A stretch of DNA of 63,337 nt, the filler included, from Basidioascus undulatus (lineage: Eukaryota): NCBI GenBank assembly GCA_000826855.1. It is 3 parts of 3 records of this genome, joined end to end, with 100 filler letters (N's around TTAATTAATTAA, not from the genome) between each part and the next. Parts side by side here need not be neighbours in the genome. Positions count along the whole stretch, not along the records: positions 42,342 to 63,337 come from JTLS01000346.1; 2 more parts are not named here. The stretch is one strand, 5' to 3'. The position numbers and the translations under genes are program-made. Below, in pieces: positions 62,913-63,337 of the stretch (positions are counted from its first letter, which is position 1; each line of letters opens with the position of its first letter). Below the pieces are notes generated by a model. The model had not been told where the DNA came from, made no database searches, and saw only the letters and a list, made by a program, of their open reading frames with translations.

Positions 62913-63337
62913 ATGAAGGCTCTCCGCCGAGCATTTGGCGGAGGAGCTCGCGACCGTCCAGCCTCAGAGTCGGACGCAAAGCCCAAGCTGTCCAAGGCGC
63001 CGGCGCAGTTTCCATCACACCCACACGCACACCCGCCTCTCGACCTACCCCCAGTACCACCACCAAAGCCGCTCACTCCCCCATCAGCGGCGACCGCGTC
63101 CCTTGCGCCGCCCCCGCCCCGACGATACGCCTCAGAGCCTACCACAGGCGCGAGCACCGTCCGCCAGCCTGTGGCGTCCGCCACCGACTTTGACGGGCGG
63201 GGGCTGGGGGTGGACCCATTTGCGCGCCGGGGCTCGGCGCAGGCCAGCGACGAGGGCGGGAGCTTGGAGGGCAAGAAGTCGCTCGCGGGCTGGGCAGTTC
63301 TCAGAGGGTGAGTGCTTGAAACGGTATTGGAAACGGT
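62913..63337 (+). CDS. First exon of a Pro-rich hypothetical protein, truncated by window end
   Basis: MKALRRAFGGGARD...LAGWAVLR followed by a GTGAGT donor at ~63309. Confidence 0.6.

Overview
Intron-rich, GC-rich fungal nuclear DNA, inferred to be basidiomycete and probably Pucciniomycotina-like from its short GT-AG introns and gene content. The window is not contiguous. It is three ~21-kb contigs (1-21073, 21174-42241, 42342-63337) joined by artificial 100-bp N44-TTAATTAATTAA-N44 linkers. Most entries in the ORF track are spurious because the real genes are spliced. By manual splicing I recognise apparently intact TFB5, a TMEM135-like protein, a SAM methyltransferase, JEN1, SEH1, a PS decarboxylase, mitoribosomal mL40, LRP1/Rrp47, a class-3 lipase, MIC19, a GH1 beta-glucosidase, an ASDURF/prefoldin-like microprotein and an Ala/Glu/Pro/Lys-rich disordered protein, plus genes cut by contig edges (e.g. 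PUS3/DEG1, a SUR7/PalI-like gene). The most striking signal is a high density of gene fossils on all three contigs: carboxylesterase, GT2, CE12 acetylesterase, SDR, GPI-anchored phospholipase B and others carry multiple stops, frameshifts and deletions, while housekeeping genes look intact. No tRNA, rRNA, CRISPR or clear transposase was recognised. All family assignments come from motif recognition by eye; no database search was run.
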